Shown here: piece after piece, positions 13,576 through 24,189 of the stretch
Numbering within the stretch: position 1 is the stretch's first letter
Layout: the number at the start of each line of letters is the position of its first letter
Source: Hypanus sabinus
Lineage: Eukaryota
DNA length: 64,000 nt
Reading direction: 5' to 3'
Assembly: GCF_030144855.1 (NCBI RefSeq)
Contig: NC_082709.1
Coordinates: forward strand, 155,558,001-155,622,000
The notes under the pieces: generated by a model
The model's input: only the letters and a program-made list of their open reading frames with translations
Told to the model about the DNA's origin: nothing
Databases searched by the model: none
Program-made: the position numbers and the translations under genes

Positions 13576-14147
13576 TTCTATAGTACTGTAGTCGTATTGA
13601 TAGTGTTCTAATTTAATATGTATTTTACTTAAGTATACAATTAGCTACTCAGTTAATTGGTAGATTGTCTTTTTTAAACCTTTTTAACTACTGTACTTCC
13701 ATGGAACTGGCTAATTGGGGCAGCTGTTTAACTGGGACAAATTGTACTGGTCCCCATGTGTCCCGTTTAACTGCAATCCACTGTACATGAAAGTGAGCAT
13801 TGACATCAGTCTGGCCTGAGGGAGATGATCTAGTCTGTCCTCTACTATCTATTTCCATCCATTTTCTTTGTTGCATCCCTTTTCACTCTGATCCAAAGCC
13901 CTCCACCTCGGCTCATCCATGAGAAACTTCAAAACTCTTCTTAGCATCACTTGCTGAGAATTTCCTCTGTGATTCTCTTTGTCATGATCAGGAAAATGGA
14001 TGGAAAACCCCAATGGTATTTTTCAAGTTCTCCTACCCGCATTATGATATCCAGTCAACACAATCCTTTTGCACAGCCCCAGCATATCTCTGTAACTACC
14101 AACCTCCTACACCTGTTTACTCTTGTTCTGTTCTGGTTCCAAATTGA

Positions 14148-14612
14148 AAAGCATGCTTAAATGCTGTTGTGCATTAATTTTATATTTACTAGGTCTGTGC
14201 TTTAAAGAAGAAAGCTAAAATGGAAAATGAAACACTATCTTTAAGATCTTTCATTAAAAGATTAATTTGCTGTGCTCTAAGCATAAGGGATAATAATTAA
14301 CTTTCTGTTGATGTAATCTTATCTATGAATTCAGAGGATTATTTTATGTCACATTACCCATTATTTAGGTGACCTTTGGCTATCTTGTTACTTCCCAGAA
14401 AGTTTTGGAAAGTACTGTACCATTTTGTAAAACTGTATGGGTTTATGATTGACATGGGAATCCGATCACAGCATTCAAACCAATATTAAAGACACGTTGA
14501 TATATGTGTAATTTTTTCTTCAGAACGTGATCTTGAGCTTAATGATCACAAGGAATATTGCTTGAAAATCAATTCCAGGTCAAATAGCACTTGCAGAAAT
14601 CTGGTGCACTGT
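14148..14612. repeat. 465-bp direct duplication, copy 1
   Basis: From aaagcatgcttaaatg to ctggtgcactgt; repeated at 18007-18471 at a constant offset of 3859 with no mismatch seen by eye. Confidence 0.95.
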
Positions 14613-14821
14613 GGTGAACTATGTGCCTGTTGGGACACGCCCCTGCTGACTGCTCCTGTGGCTCCTCCCACAGGCCCCTGTATAAAGGAGACCTGCGGCC
14701 TGAAGATCGGCCTCATTCTCCAGGACCTTGTATGATAGACACTCACTCCTGGTTCCTTCTTCCAGTCAATAAAAGCCGATATCTCGCCTACGTCTCAGTG
14801 TGAGTTATTGATGGTGCATCA
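14610..14821 (+). repeat. 5' LTR (212 bp) with TATAAA at 14681 and AATAAA at 14768-14773
   Basis: TG...CA ends; boundaries fixed by the homologous solo LTRs at 49587-49803 and 30614-30856, both with 5-bp TSDs. Confidence 0.92.
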
Positions 14822-17800
14822 ATTTTATTGACTGGAAGTTTTAAAACATGGAACCCGTTTTGCGTCCGGACCGGTTGGATTTGGACCCTCAAGACCCTGA
14901 CGCAGCTCTCGCTTTTGAACACTGGCTTGCATGCTTCCAATCGTACTTGGCGGAGCTTCGTGCGACTGAACCCGCCGTTATGCACAGAATCCTACTCTCG
15001 AGGGTCTCCTCCAAAGTTTACTCCTTTATCCGGGACCTGCCGACCTACGAAGGGGCACTGGACGCCCTCAAACGACAGTACCTGCGGCCGGTGAACACCG
15101 TCTACGCAAGACATCGCTTAGCTACCCGGCAACAGCGGCCTGGCGAATCGTGCGCTGAGTTTCTCCGAGCACTACAGACACTCGTCCGAGCTTGTGACTG
15201 CAAGACGCTCACGGCAGAACAGCATGCGGAGCTGCTGGTGCGAGACGCCTTTGTGACGGGACTGAGGTCAGTGTACATGCGCCAGCGGCTGCTGGAGAAC
15301 TCGGATCTTACCTTAAGCTCGGCGATAGAGAAGGCCAACGCTCTAGAAGCTGCGCGGCATAACGCCGACGCTGTCCAGTCGCGCGATTCCCCGCCGGTTT
15401 CGTGGACGCCTCAGACCCCGCCACCGCCGGCTCCCGGGAGCGAATTCGCCAACGCCGCCGCCAGTCGCCATTCCACGAGCTCCCCGACCCAGACCACGGC
15501 TGTGGCCCGTAAGCAACTCGTGCTTTGTTATTTCTGTGGCCAAAAGAAACATCCTCGACAACGCTGTCCAGCGCGAGAAGCGACCTGCTCCAGCTGCGGA
15601 AAGCGGGGCCACTTCGCCAAGGTCTGTAAGTCTCAACCTCGAGCGGAGTGCAGCGCTGCGGGTGAAACGTGGGGGCCGCCATCTTGCATGCCGGGATGTG
15701 GGCGGCCATCTTTGTCGACGTCAGCACGCCCCGCCCCCGATCCTCGGATGCTGACCGGGTACCCCAGATGTGAGCGGCCATCTTTGTCGGCGTCAGCATG
15801 CCCCGCCCCCGACCCTCCGATGCTGACCGGGTACCCCGACGGCGATCCAACTCTGGCCACTGTGACTCTCGACCAAAGCGCCCCACACCAGCTTGCAAGG
15901 TCCATGATGGACATCCAGGTGGAGGGGCATTGGACTGGATGTCTGTTTGACACGGGCAGCACTGGGAGTTTTATTCACCCGGACACAGTGCAACGCTGCG
16001 GACTTGCAACGCGGCCGGTCAGTCGGAGGTTCCATTTGGCCTCTGGGTCGCAGTCCGCAGACATCCGGGCGGGTTGTGTAGCGACTTTGGTGGTGCAAGG
16101 CACAGTATATCGGGACTTTGAACTGCTGGTCATGCCTAATCTGTGTGCACCTGTGCTATTGGGGCTGGACTTCCAGAGCCATCTCGAAAGTGTGACTATG
16201 GTATACGACGGGCCCCTCCCACCACTCACTGTCAAGAATCCTCAGTTTTGTGGGACTTCTTCACATACCCCGCTACTGACCACACACACACACGGACACA
16301 CACATCCCATCCAGAACCAGGCCAACAGCTGCGCTACCGACACTTGCAGCCTCTCCACTCTCAAGATCCCTCCCCCACCGCTGTTCGCCAACCTGACCCC
16401 CGACTGTAAACCTGTGGCAACCAAAAGCAGGAGGTACAGCGCGGGGGACCGGGCCTTCATTCGGTCGGAGGTGCAGCGGCTGCTCAGGGAGGGGATCATT
16501 GAGCCGAGCACAAGCCCTTGGAGGGCCCAGGTGGTTGTTGTTCGGACTGGGCAGAAAAATAGGATGGTGGTGGACTATAGTCAAACCATCAATAGGTTTA
16601 CGCAGCTTGACGCATACCCCCTACCCCGCATCGCGGATATGGTCAACCAGATTGCTCAGTATAAGGTGTACTCGACAATAGATCTGAAATCCGCTTATCA
16701 CCAGCTCCCCATCTGCCCAGAGGACCGCCCCTACACCGCCTTCGAGGCGGGCGGCCGGCTCTATCACTTCCTGCGCGTCCCTTTCGGTGTCACGAATGGT
16801 GTCTCTGTCTTCCAGAGGGAAATGGACCGGATGGTGGACCAGTACCAACTGCAGGCCACATTTCCCTATCTGGATAACATCACCATCTGTGGTCATGACA
16901 GGCCAGATCACGACGCCAACCTCCAACGGTTTCTCCAAGTGGCCGCAGCTCTGAACCTTACTTATAACAGGGACAAGTGTGTTTTTGGTACCACCCGCCT
17001 TGCTATACTTGGGTATGTCGTGGAAAACGGGGTTATTGGGCCTGATCCCGAACGTATGCGCCCCCTGTTAGAGCTCCCTCTTCCCACCACTCTCAAGGCC
17101 CTCAGACGGTGCCTGGGGTTTTTTTCCTATTACGCCCAATGGGTCCCCCATTACGCAGACAAGGCTCGCCCCCTGGTCAAGTCTACCTCGTTTCCCCTCT
17201 CTGCTGAGGCCTGCGCGGCCTTCAACTGCATTAAAGCGGACATTGCCAAAGCTACGATGCATGCAGTGGACGAGACCGCTCCCTTCCAAGTGGAGTGTGA
17301 TGCCTCCGATTTCGCTCTGGCTGCTACCCTTAATCAGGAAGGCAGACCAGTAGCATTCTTTTCTCGCACCCTCCAAGGCTCTGAAATTCGGCACTCCGCG
17401 GTGGAGAAAGAAGCCCAGGCCATAGTGGAGGCTGTTAGGCACTGGAGGCACTATCTTGCTGGCAAAAGATTCACTGTGCTGACCGACCAGCGCTCGGTTG
17501 CGTTCCTGTTCAGCAACCAACAGCGGGGCAAGATCAAAAATGATAAGATTTTGCGGTGGAGGATAGAACTCTCCACCTACACCTATGATATCCTGTACCG
17601 GCCTGGCAGACTCAATGAGCCCCCTGATGCCCTATCCCGGGGAACATGTGCTAGCACACAGCTCGACCAGCTGTACGCCCTTCATGCTCAACTTTGCCAT
17701 CCGGGGGTCACCCGATTTTACCATTTTGTGAAAGCTCGGAACCTGCCGTACTCCCTGGAGGACATCAGGACGATGACCAGGGACTGCCAAATTTGTGCCG

Positions 17801-18006
17801 AGTGCAAACCGCACTTCTACTGTCCTGACACGGCACAACTTGTCAAGGCCACCCGCCCTTTTGAACGCCTGAGTGTTGACTTTAAGGGCCCCCTTCCCTC
17901 CACTGACCGCAATGTCTATTTTCTCAGTGTTATTGACGAGTTCTCACGGTTCCCCTTTGCCATCCCCTGCCCCGACACCACTGCCACGTCCGTCATAAAA
18001 GCCCGC
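14610..18006 (+). mobile_element. Gypsy/Ty3 LTR retrotransposon (Mag-like double zinc knuckle), 5' LTR plus internal region, truncated within integrase, no 3' LTR
   Basis: LTR TGTGGTG...GCATCA followed by a single gag-pol ORF with domain order PR-RT-RH-IN. Confidence 0.93.
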
Positions 18007-18036
18007 AAAGCATGCTTAAATGCTGTTGTGCATTAA
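14848..18036 (+). CDS. Gypsy gag-pol polyprotein, uninterrupted up to the integrase truncation (last about 10 codons come from flanking DNA)
   Basis: Two CX2CX4HX4C knuckles (CYFCGQKKHPRQRC, CSSCGKRGHFAKVC), protease LFDTGS, RT (RMVVDY, DAYPLPRI, PFGV, YLDN), RNase H (CDASD, EKEAQA, TDQ), integrase HHCC and SVDFKGP...VIDEFSRF. Confidence 0.93.
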   Translation: MEPVLRPDRLDLDPQDPDAALAFEHWLACFQSYLAELRATEPAVMHRILLSRVSSKVYSFIRDLPTYEGALDALKRQYLRPVNTVYARHRLATRQQRPGESCAEFLRALQTLVRACDCKTLTAEQHAELLVRDAFVTGLRSVYMRQRLLENSDLTLSSAIEKANALEAARHNADAVQSRDSPPVSWTPQTPPPPAPGSEFANAAASRHSTSSPTQTTAVARKQLVLCYFCGQKKHPRQRCPAREATCSSCGKRGHFAKVCKSQPRAECSAAGETWGPPSCMPGCGRPSLSTSARPAPDPRMLTGYPRCERPSLSASACPAPDPPMLTGYPDGDPTLATVTLDQSAPHQLARSMMDIQVEGHWTGCLFDTGSTGSFIHPDTVQRCGLATRPVSRRFHLASGSQSADIRAGCVATLVVQGTVYRDFELLVMPNLCAPVLLGLDFQSHLESVTMVYDGPLPPLTVKNPQFCGTSSHTPLLTTHTHGHTHPIQNQANSCATDTCSLSTLKIPPPPLFANLTPDCKPVATKSRRYSAGDRAFIRSEVQRLLREGIIEPSTSPWRAQVVVVRTGQKNRMVVDYSQTINRFTQLDAYPLPRIADMVNQIAQYKVYSTIDLKSAYHQLPICPEDRPYTAFEAGGRLYHFLRVPFGVTNGVSVFQREMDRMVDQYQLQATFPYLDNITICGHDRPDHDANLQRFLQVAAALNLTYNRDKCVFGTTRLAILGYVVENGVIGPDPERMRPLLELPLPTTLKALRRCLGFFSYYAQWVPHYADKARPLVKSTSFPLSAEACAAFNCIKADIAKATMHAVDETAPFQVECDASDFALAATLNQEGRPVAFFSRTLQGSEIRHSAVEKEAQAIVEAVRHWRHYLAGKRFTVLTDQRSVAFLFSNQQRGKIKNDKILRWRIELSTYTYDILYRPGRLNEPPDALSRGTCASTQLDQLYALHAQLCHPGVTRFYHFVKARNLPYSLEDIRTMTRDCQICAECKPHFYCPDTAQLVKATRPFERLSVDFKGPLPSTDRNVYFLSVIDEFSRFPFAIPCPDTTATSVIKARKACLNAVVH

Positions 18037-18471
18037 TTTTATATTTACTAGGTCTGTGCTTTAAAGAAGAAAGCTAAAATGGAAAATGAAACACTATCTT
18101 TAAGATCTTTCATTAAAAGATTAATTTGCTGTGCTCTAAGCATAAGGGATAATAATTAACTTTCTGTTGATGTAATCTTATCTATGAATTCAGAGGATTA
18201 TTTTATGTCACATTACCCATTATTTAGGTGACCTTTGGCTATCTTGTTACTTCCCAGAAAGTTTTGGAAAGTACTGTACCATTTTGTAAAACTGTATGGG
18301 TTTATGATTGACATGGGAATCCGATCACAGCATTCAAACCAATATTAAAGACACGTTGATATATGTGTAATTTTTTCTTCAGAACGTGATCTTGAGCTTA
18401 ATGATCACAAGGAATATTGCTTGAAAATCAATTCCAGGTCAAATAGCACTTGCAGAAATCTGGTGCACTGT
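18007..18471. repeat. 465-bp direct duplication, copy 2
   Basis: Same sequence as 14148-14612; followed by non-LTR sequence (attaggtgtt). Confidence 0.95.
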
Positions 18472-18479
18472 ATTAGGTG

Positions 18480-19240
18480 TTCACGATATGGCTTCCTCCC
18501 CTTCAGCGAAGCCAAAATGGAGTTTGGGTGATCACTTGGTGCAGCACCTACGTTCGGTCCCCCGGACAACCCTGAGCTCCCAGCTATCTGTTACTTTAAA
18601 ACCCCATCCCACTCTCGTTCTGATCTTTCTGTCTGTAGCAACAAAACCCACTTTCAACTTGAGGTAGAACATATCTTCTTACATCTTCAAACAAGAGAAA
18701 ACTTGCAGATGCTAGAAATCCAAAGCAACACACACAAAATGCTGAAGGAACTCAGCAGGCCAGGCAGCATCTACGGAACTGAATAGACTGTCAATGTTTC
18801 AGGTCAAGACCCTACTTCAGGATTGAAAAGGAAGGAGGAAGATGTCTGAATAAAAAGGGGGGGGAGGGGAAGGAGGATAGGTAGAAGGTGATAGGTGAAG
18901 CCAAGTGGTTGGGAAAGGTAAAGGGCTGGAGAGGAAGTAATTTGACAGGAGAGGAGAGTGGAGCACAGGAGAAATTGAAGGAGGAAGGAACTCAGGTAGA
19001 ATTGATAGGCAGGTGAGAAGAGGTAAAAGGCCGGAGTGGGGAACAGAAGAGGGGGGAGGGAAGAAAAAATACCATAAGAAGAAATCAATATTCATCTTGA
19101 CAGAAGAAGCCATGGACGGAAATGAGAATCAGAATTAAAATGTTTGGCCAGCAGGAAGCTCCATTTTTTGCAGATGGAGCAGAGGTGCTTGACGAGTCTC
19201 ACCAAAGTAGAGAGACCACATCGGGAGCATTGGACATAAT
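18480..19240. mobile_element. Penelope-like fragments in both orientations (plus about 18480-18680, minus about 18690-19240)
   Basis: Similarity to the GIY-YIG end and terminal repeat of 10175-11113. Confidence 0.6.
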
Positions 19241-19409
19241 CGTTCAGCTGAAGGCACCTGAGGGAATTTGAGCAATAGATCGCCTATGAACTAATTAAAT
19301 GGAGTTGACTGGATTCCAATATCATCTATTTCGTGGCTCATTTATTATCCCTCTCAGCATTCTCTTGTCTCCTCCCCATAACCATTGATGCCCTGACTAA
19401 TTAGGAACC

Positions 19410-20059
19410 TATCAACCATAAGACCATAATAAGTCTATAAGATATAGGAGCAGAATTAGGCCATTTGGTCCATCGAGTCTGCTCCACCTTTTCATCATGG
19501 CTGATCCATTTTTTTCCTTTCAGCCCCAATCTTCTGCCTTCTCCCCGAATCCCTTCGTATCCCAACCAAATAAGAATCTATCTTCCTTTGCCTTAAATAA
19601 ACGTAATGTCTTGGCCTCCACAGCTGCCTGTGGCAACAAATTCCGCAGATCCGCCACACTCTGGCTGAAAAGGTTCTTCCTCACCTCCACTCTAAAAGGA
19701 CACCCCTCTATTCTGAGGCTGTGCCCTTTGACCCTAGACTTTCCCCCCATAGGAAACATCCTCTCCACGTCTGCTCTGTCAAGGCTTTTCAACATTCAAT
19801 TAGGTCACTCCTCACTCTTCTGAGTTCCAGTGAATACAGGCCCAGAGCAATCAAACACTCTTCATATGACAAGCTGTTCAATCCTGGAATCATTTTCGTG
19901 AACCTCCTTTGGACCCTCTCCAGTTTCAGCACATAATTTCTGAGATATGGAGTCCAAAACCTCTCACAATACTCCAAGTGAGTCCCCGCCAGTACTTTAT
20001 AAAGACTCAACATTACATCCTTTTTATACTCTAGTCTTCTTGAAATGAATGCTAACATT
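19410..20059 (-). mobile_element. CR1 LINE 3' fragment
   Basis: ORFs 19789-20058 (MLAFISRRLEYK...HLEYCERFW) and 19520-19795, plus the 3' UTR. Confidence 0.88.
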
Positions 20060-21095
20060 GGTTGCCGGTTACTAGTGGTGTTCCGCAGGGGTCAGTGTTG
20101 GGGCCTCTTCTTTTTACACTGTATATCAACGATTTAGATTATGGATTAAATGGTTTTGTGGCTAAATTTGCGGATGACACCAAGATAAGTGGAGGAGCAG
20201 GGAGTGTTGAGAAAATGGAAAGGCTGCAGAGAGACTTGGTCAGTTTAGGAGAGTGGGCAAAGAAATGGCAGATGAGATACAATGTTGAGAAATGTACAGT
20301 TGTACATTTTGGAAGAAGAAACAATCAGGCAGATTATTATTTAGATGGGAAGAAAATTCAAAAATCAGAAGTGCAAAGGGACTTGGGGGTCCTAGTGCAG
20401 GATACCCTAAAGTTTAACCACCAGATTGGATCGGCAGTAAAGAAAGCGAATGCTATGTTGGCATTCATTTCAAGAGGAATAGTGTATAAGAGTAAGGAGG
20501 TGTTGATGAGGCTCTATGGGGCTCTGGTGAGAACCTATTTGGAATACTGTGTGCAGTTTTGGGCCCCCTATCTTAGAAAGGATGTGATGATGTTAGAGAG
20601 AGTTCAGAGAAGATTCACTACAATGATCCTGGAATGCAGGGATTAACATATGAAGAGCATTTGCCGGCTCTTGGATTGTATTCATTAGAGTATAGAAGAA
20701 TGAGAGGGGATCTCATAGAAACATTTCGAATGTTGAAAGGGTTGGACAGAGTAGATATAGAGAGGCTGTTTCCCTTGGTGGGTGAGTCCAGGACAAGAGG
20801 TCACAGTCTTAGAATTAGAGGGTACCCATTTAAAACAGAGATGAGGAGAAATTTTTTAGCCAGAGGGTCGTGGATTTATGGAATTCATTGCCACATACAG
20901 CTGTGGAGGCCCAATCACTGAGGGTGTTTAAGGAAGAGACTGACAAGTATCTAATTAGTCAGGGTATCAAGGGATATGGGGAAAAAGCTGGACATCGGAA
21001 CTAGATGGGAGAATAGTTTAGCTCACGGTAGAGTTGCAGAGCAGACTCGATGGGCCAAATGGCCTACTTCTGCTCCTTTGTCTTGTGATCTTGCC
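20060..21095 (+). mobile_element. CR1 LINE 3' fragment
   Basis: ORF 20062-20646 (VTSGVPQGSVLGPLLF, KFADDTK) and 20634-20921, with a 3' UTR ending tcttgtgatcttg. Confidence 0.92.
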
Positions 21096-21437
21096 TTTCT
21101 TACCACAGACACAACTTGTGAATTAACCTTAGGGAATCCCAAGTCCTTTTGCATCTCAGATTTCTGAATTTTCCCTCCATTTAGAATAGTCTATTCTTTT
21201 ATTTCTTCTACCAAAGTACATGCTTTAAATGCAGCCGAAAACTTGGCCTCCACAGCCATCAGTGGCAATGAACTCCACAGATTCGCCACCCTCTAGATAA
21301 AGAAATTCATCTTCACTCTTGTAGATTTTTTTTTGACATTCTGGTAAGTACTTCTGATTAGATTCCTTCTCATTCTATTTGTCTCTAAATCACAATTTAT
21401 GAAGCAAATATACAATGGAATATAACAAATTTCTGAC

Positions 21438-21767
21438 CAGCCACTTGTAAGACCATATTCTCTTCCTTCTTTCCACCGGATGTACTGACGTAACACTGAT
21501 AGACTCCTTCATCATCCATGTTAATTTTTGTAAGAAGAAGGGATGCATTTCCTTTTGATATCTCACTGTGAAACAGCTTTGTTCTTTCATGGTAGTGATC
21601 ATCTTGGCTTTTGAACTGGTCGATGCCTCGGTAAAAGCTATGAACCACAATTGGTCCTTCCTTCTTTATATACATCCAGTGCAGCACTATTTCTGACAGT
21701 GGTGCTGGCCGAAACCTGCATGGCAACACCGCACCCTTGGAAATGATAGCTGTGACCTGTGTGGTAT
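21438..21767 (-). CDS. HHLA2: HHLA2/B7-H7-like gene, exon for the N-terminal IgV domain
   Basis: Acceptor gttttctcttag, donor G|gtcaga, 330 nt, phase 1/1. xTTQVTAIISKGAVLPCRF...VLHW...VHSFYRGIDQFKSQDDHYHERTKLFHSEISKGNASLLL...DEGVYQCYV is a B7-family V domain. With the downstream C and V exons it gives the V-C-V layout characteristic of HHLA2. Confidence 0.82.
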
Positions 21768-23379
21768 CTAAGAGAAAACAGTGGGATTAATTATTACTCA
21801 CAAAAACTATACAATTAGCATCCCATGCTTAAAAAAAAATAACCAATATTCCTCGTAATCAGTTCACAGAGTGAAGCATTATTTTGAGATGGACCTTGTT
21901 TGGTGGGGATGGATTGCTGGATCACCAATCGTACGGGATTGACTGGGTGGGGGACATTGACAATAATCATGGAATTAAGACAGAATTGTGGGAGTGTAAG
22001 GTAGATGTAAAACGAAGTCATTTCATTGATTATAAAGTATTGTAAGCAACATTGTCATTTGTGTCTAGTTATTACATCAGGATGTTCAGCCCTATCATAT
22101 CTACTCAGAGAGAGCTATCTATTCTGTGACCTATTTTAACTTACTGTGTTGTTCCAACAGAATGGGACATCACTGGACCCAAAGTGCAAAAACTTAGAGC
22201 CCACTAATGACGCACATTGCAGTAGGCCTCACTAATCCATTTCAGGTAACTAGGTTGTCTGACTGTTTTAGGATGGGTTGTTGGGTGGCTGTTTCAGTAT
22301 CTGAGTTACCGGTTTGGTATTTCCATAGCAGGCTGACTGTCATTTTGGGTACTAACTTGGCAAAGTCAATGTACTCATCAAATGGTTGAACAGATCTAAA
22401 CACTTGTATTGCAAAAGATAGAAGTTTTATTTTTGGAAAGACAGCAGAAGAAGTGTTCCTCCAGGGTTCCATAGTTCTTAATAACCTCCCTGAGAATTTT
22501 AAGTCCCTTCCAGACCTCAAAAGAAAAAAAACAGCTGGAAACTGAAACAGAAAAAAAATTGCTGAGTATCTTGTGATTTTCTGGTCCAATCACTGCTCTT
22601 CACATTTGCTTTTCTCTGCAAGCCTTGTCCTCATTTCTCTTCTCTTTTCACCACCCAGGAACCCAAACACATGAACTAGCACACACCCACATTTTTTACA
22701 TTCCCAAACAGTGTCTCCAAGTGAACTGGCACACTCCCATACTTCTTACATTCCTTTCTCAGTGCGTGATCTCTTCAGCACTGGGGAAACCAAAAGCAGG
22801 TTGTCGACTGCTATGCATTCCACTTCCCGTCACCTTTCATTTTAAATCTCTGCCCCATGCAGATCTCCCTGTCTTCAGCTTCCTACGCTGTTCCAACAAT
22901 TTCCAACATGAAGCTAGAGGACCTCATCTTCATTCAGACTACAGAAGTGGGACCCTGCATGGACACAAGGTCCTAGCCTGAAGCAGGGATGGGGTTAGCT
23001 TACATTCTGTATTGTAAAGCAAGTTGTGGGCTAAAGCGTATCCACACCCTATTAACCATCCCTGCTGATTGATGTAACAGAGCCACCCAGCTCAGAAATA
23101 AAGAACCCTTATAGCTATTTAAATGGAGATAACTTCAACACCACAGGAACATTGGCATTTGTTTTTGCATTCTTTGATAACAGTTAACAGTGCCAGCCCC
23201 AGGATTGTCTCTGTAACAGTGGGAGTAACAACAGAGAAGCAAAAACATAATATGGGAGACACAGACTGAAAAAGTAGTAATGATGTTTCATGAGATTATG
23301 ACACATACCCATTGCTTACTTAAATACGTCTGCTGTGGGTAGTTAATTGATAGATCATGTACTGCAGACTACCTCTGGA

Positions 23380-23925
23380 GGAACTGGATGTTTGAGCAGT
23401 TTTGGGCCCCTTATCTTACAACGGATGTGCTGAAACTGGAGAGGGTTCAAAGGAGGTTCATGAGAATGATTCCAGGATTGAATGGCTTGTCATATGAAGA
23501 GTGTTTGATGGCTCTGGGCCTGTATTTACTAGAAATCAGAAGAATAAGGGATAACCTTATTAAAACTTATCAAATGGTGAAAGGCCTCAATAGATGCGGA
23601 GAGGACGTTTCCTGTGGTGGGGGAGCCTAAGACCAGAGGAGACAGCCTCAGAAAAGAGGGGCGTCCTTTTAGAACGGAGATGAGGAGGAATTTCTTTAGC
23701 CAGAGAGCAGTGAACTTGTGGAATTCTTTGCCACGGGCAGCTGTGGAAGCCATCTTTATGTATAATTAAGACAGAAGTTGACAGATTCTTGATCGGTCAG
23801 GTCATGAAGGGAAACGGGGAAGGCAGGAGATTGGGGCTGAGAGGAAAATTGGATCAGCCATGATGAAATGGCAAAGCAGAGCTGATGGACCAAATGGCCT
23901 AATTCTGCTCCTGTATCTTATGATA
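23380..23925 (+). mobile_element. CR1 LINE 3' fragment
   Basis: EQFWAPYL..DVLKLERVQRRF in ORF 23388-23630, with the 3' UTR. Confidence 0.88.
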
Positions 23926-24189
23926 ATGAATATGCCCTTGGTATCTATGGTAACCAGGGCTTAAATGAACAAAGGACTTTAGGCGTGTGACCTGCAGACA
24001 CTTATCAAAGACAAGCAGTTTTGATCAAGCAGGGAAAGTGATGTCATAAGTGGCTGATCAAACAGTTCCTGTCTCAATAACAGAACAAATATATCTGTGA
24101 CCCCTCCTGCTCTCCAACTCTTTAATAATTTTCAGCTACCTGACTTTCACCATTGATGTCCAACCCTGTACACATCTATCCCCCAATTG

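Noticed and set aside
15102-17838. Multiple minus-strand ORFs inside the Gypsy element (for example 15308-15898, 17068-17520)
   Set aside because: Antisense shadows of a GC-rich coding sequence with no recognisable domains.
22281-22589. ORF just upstream of the V1 exon as the HHLA2-like leader (ends ACC G|gtaact, phase 1)
   Set aside because: The phase fits but the peptide before the donor (PKMTVSLLWKYQT) lacks a convincing hydrophobic core.
23200-23320. Signal-peptide-like MVCVSHIMFLLLCCYSHC on the minus strand
   Set aside because: Requires a 43-nt intron and has no credible downstream donor.
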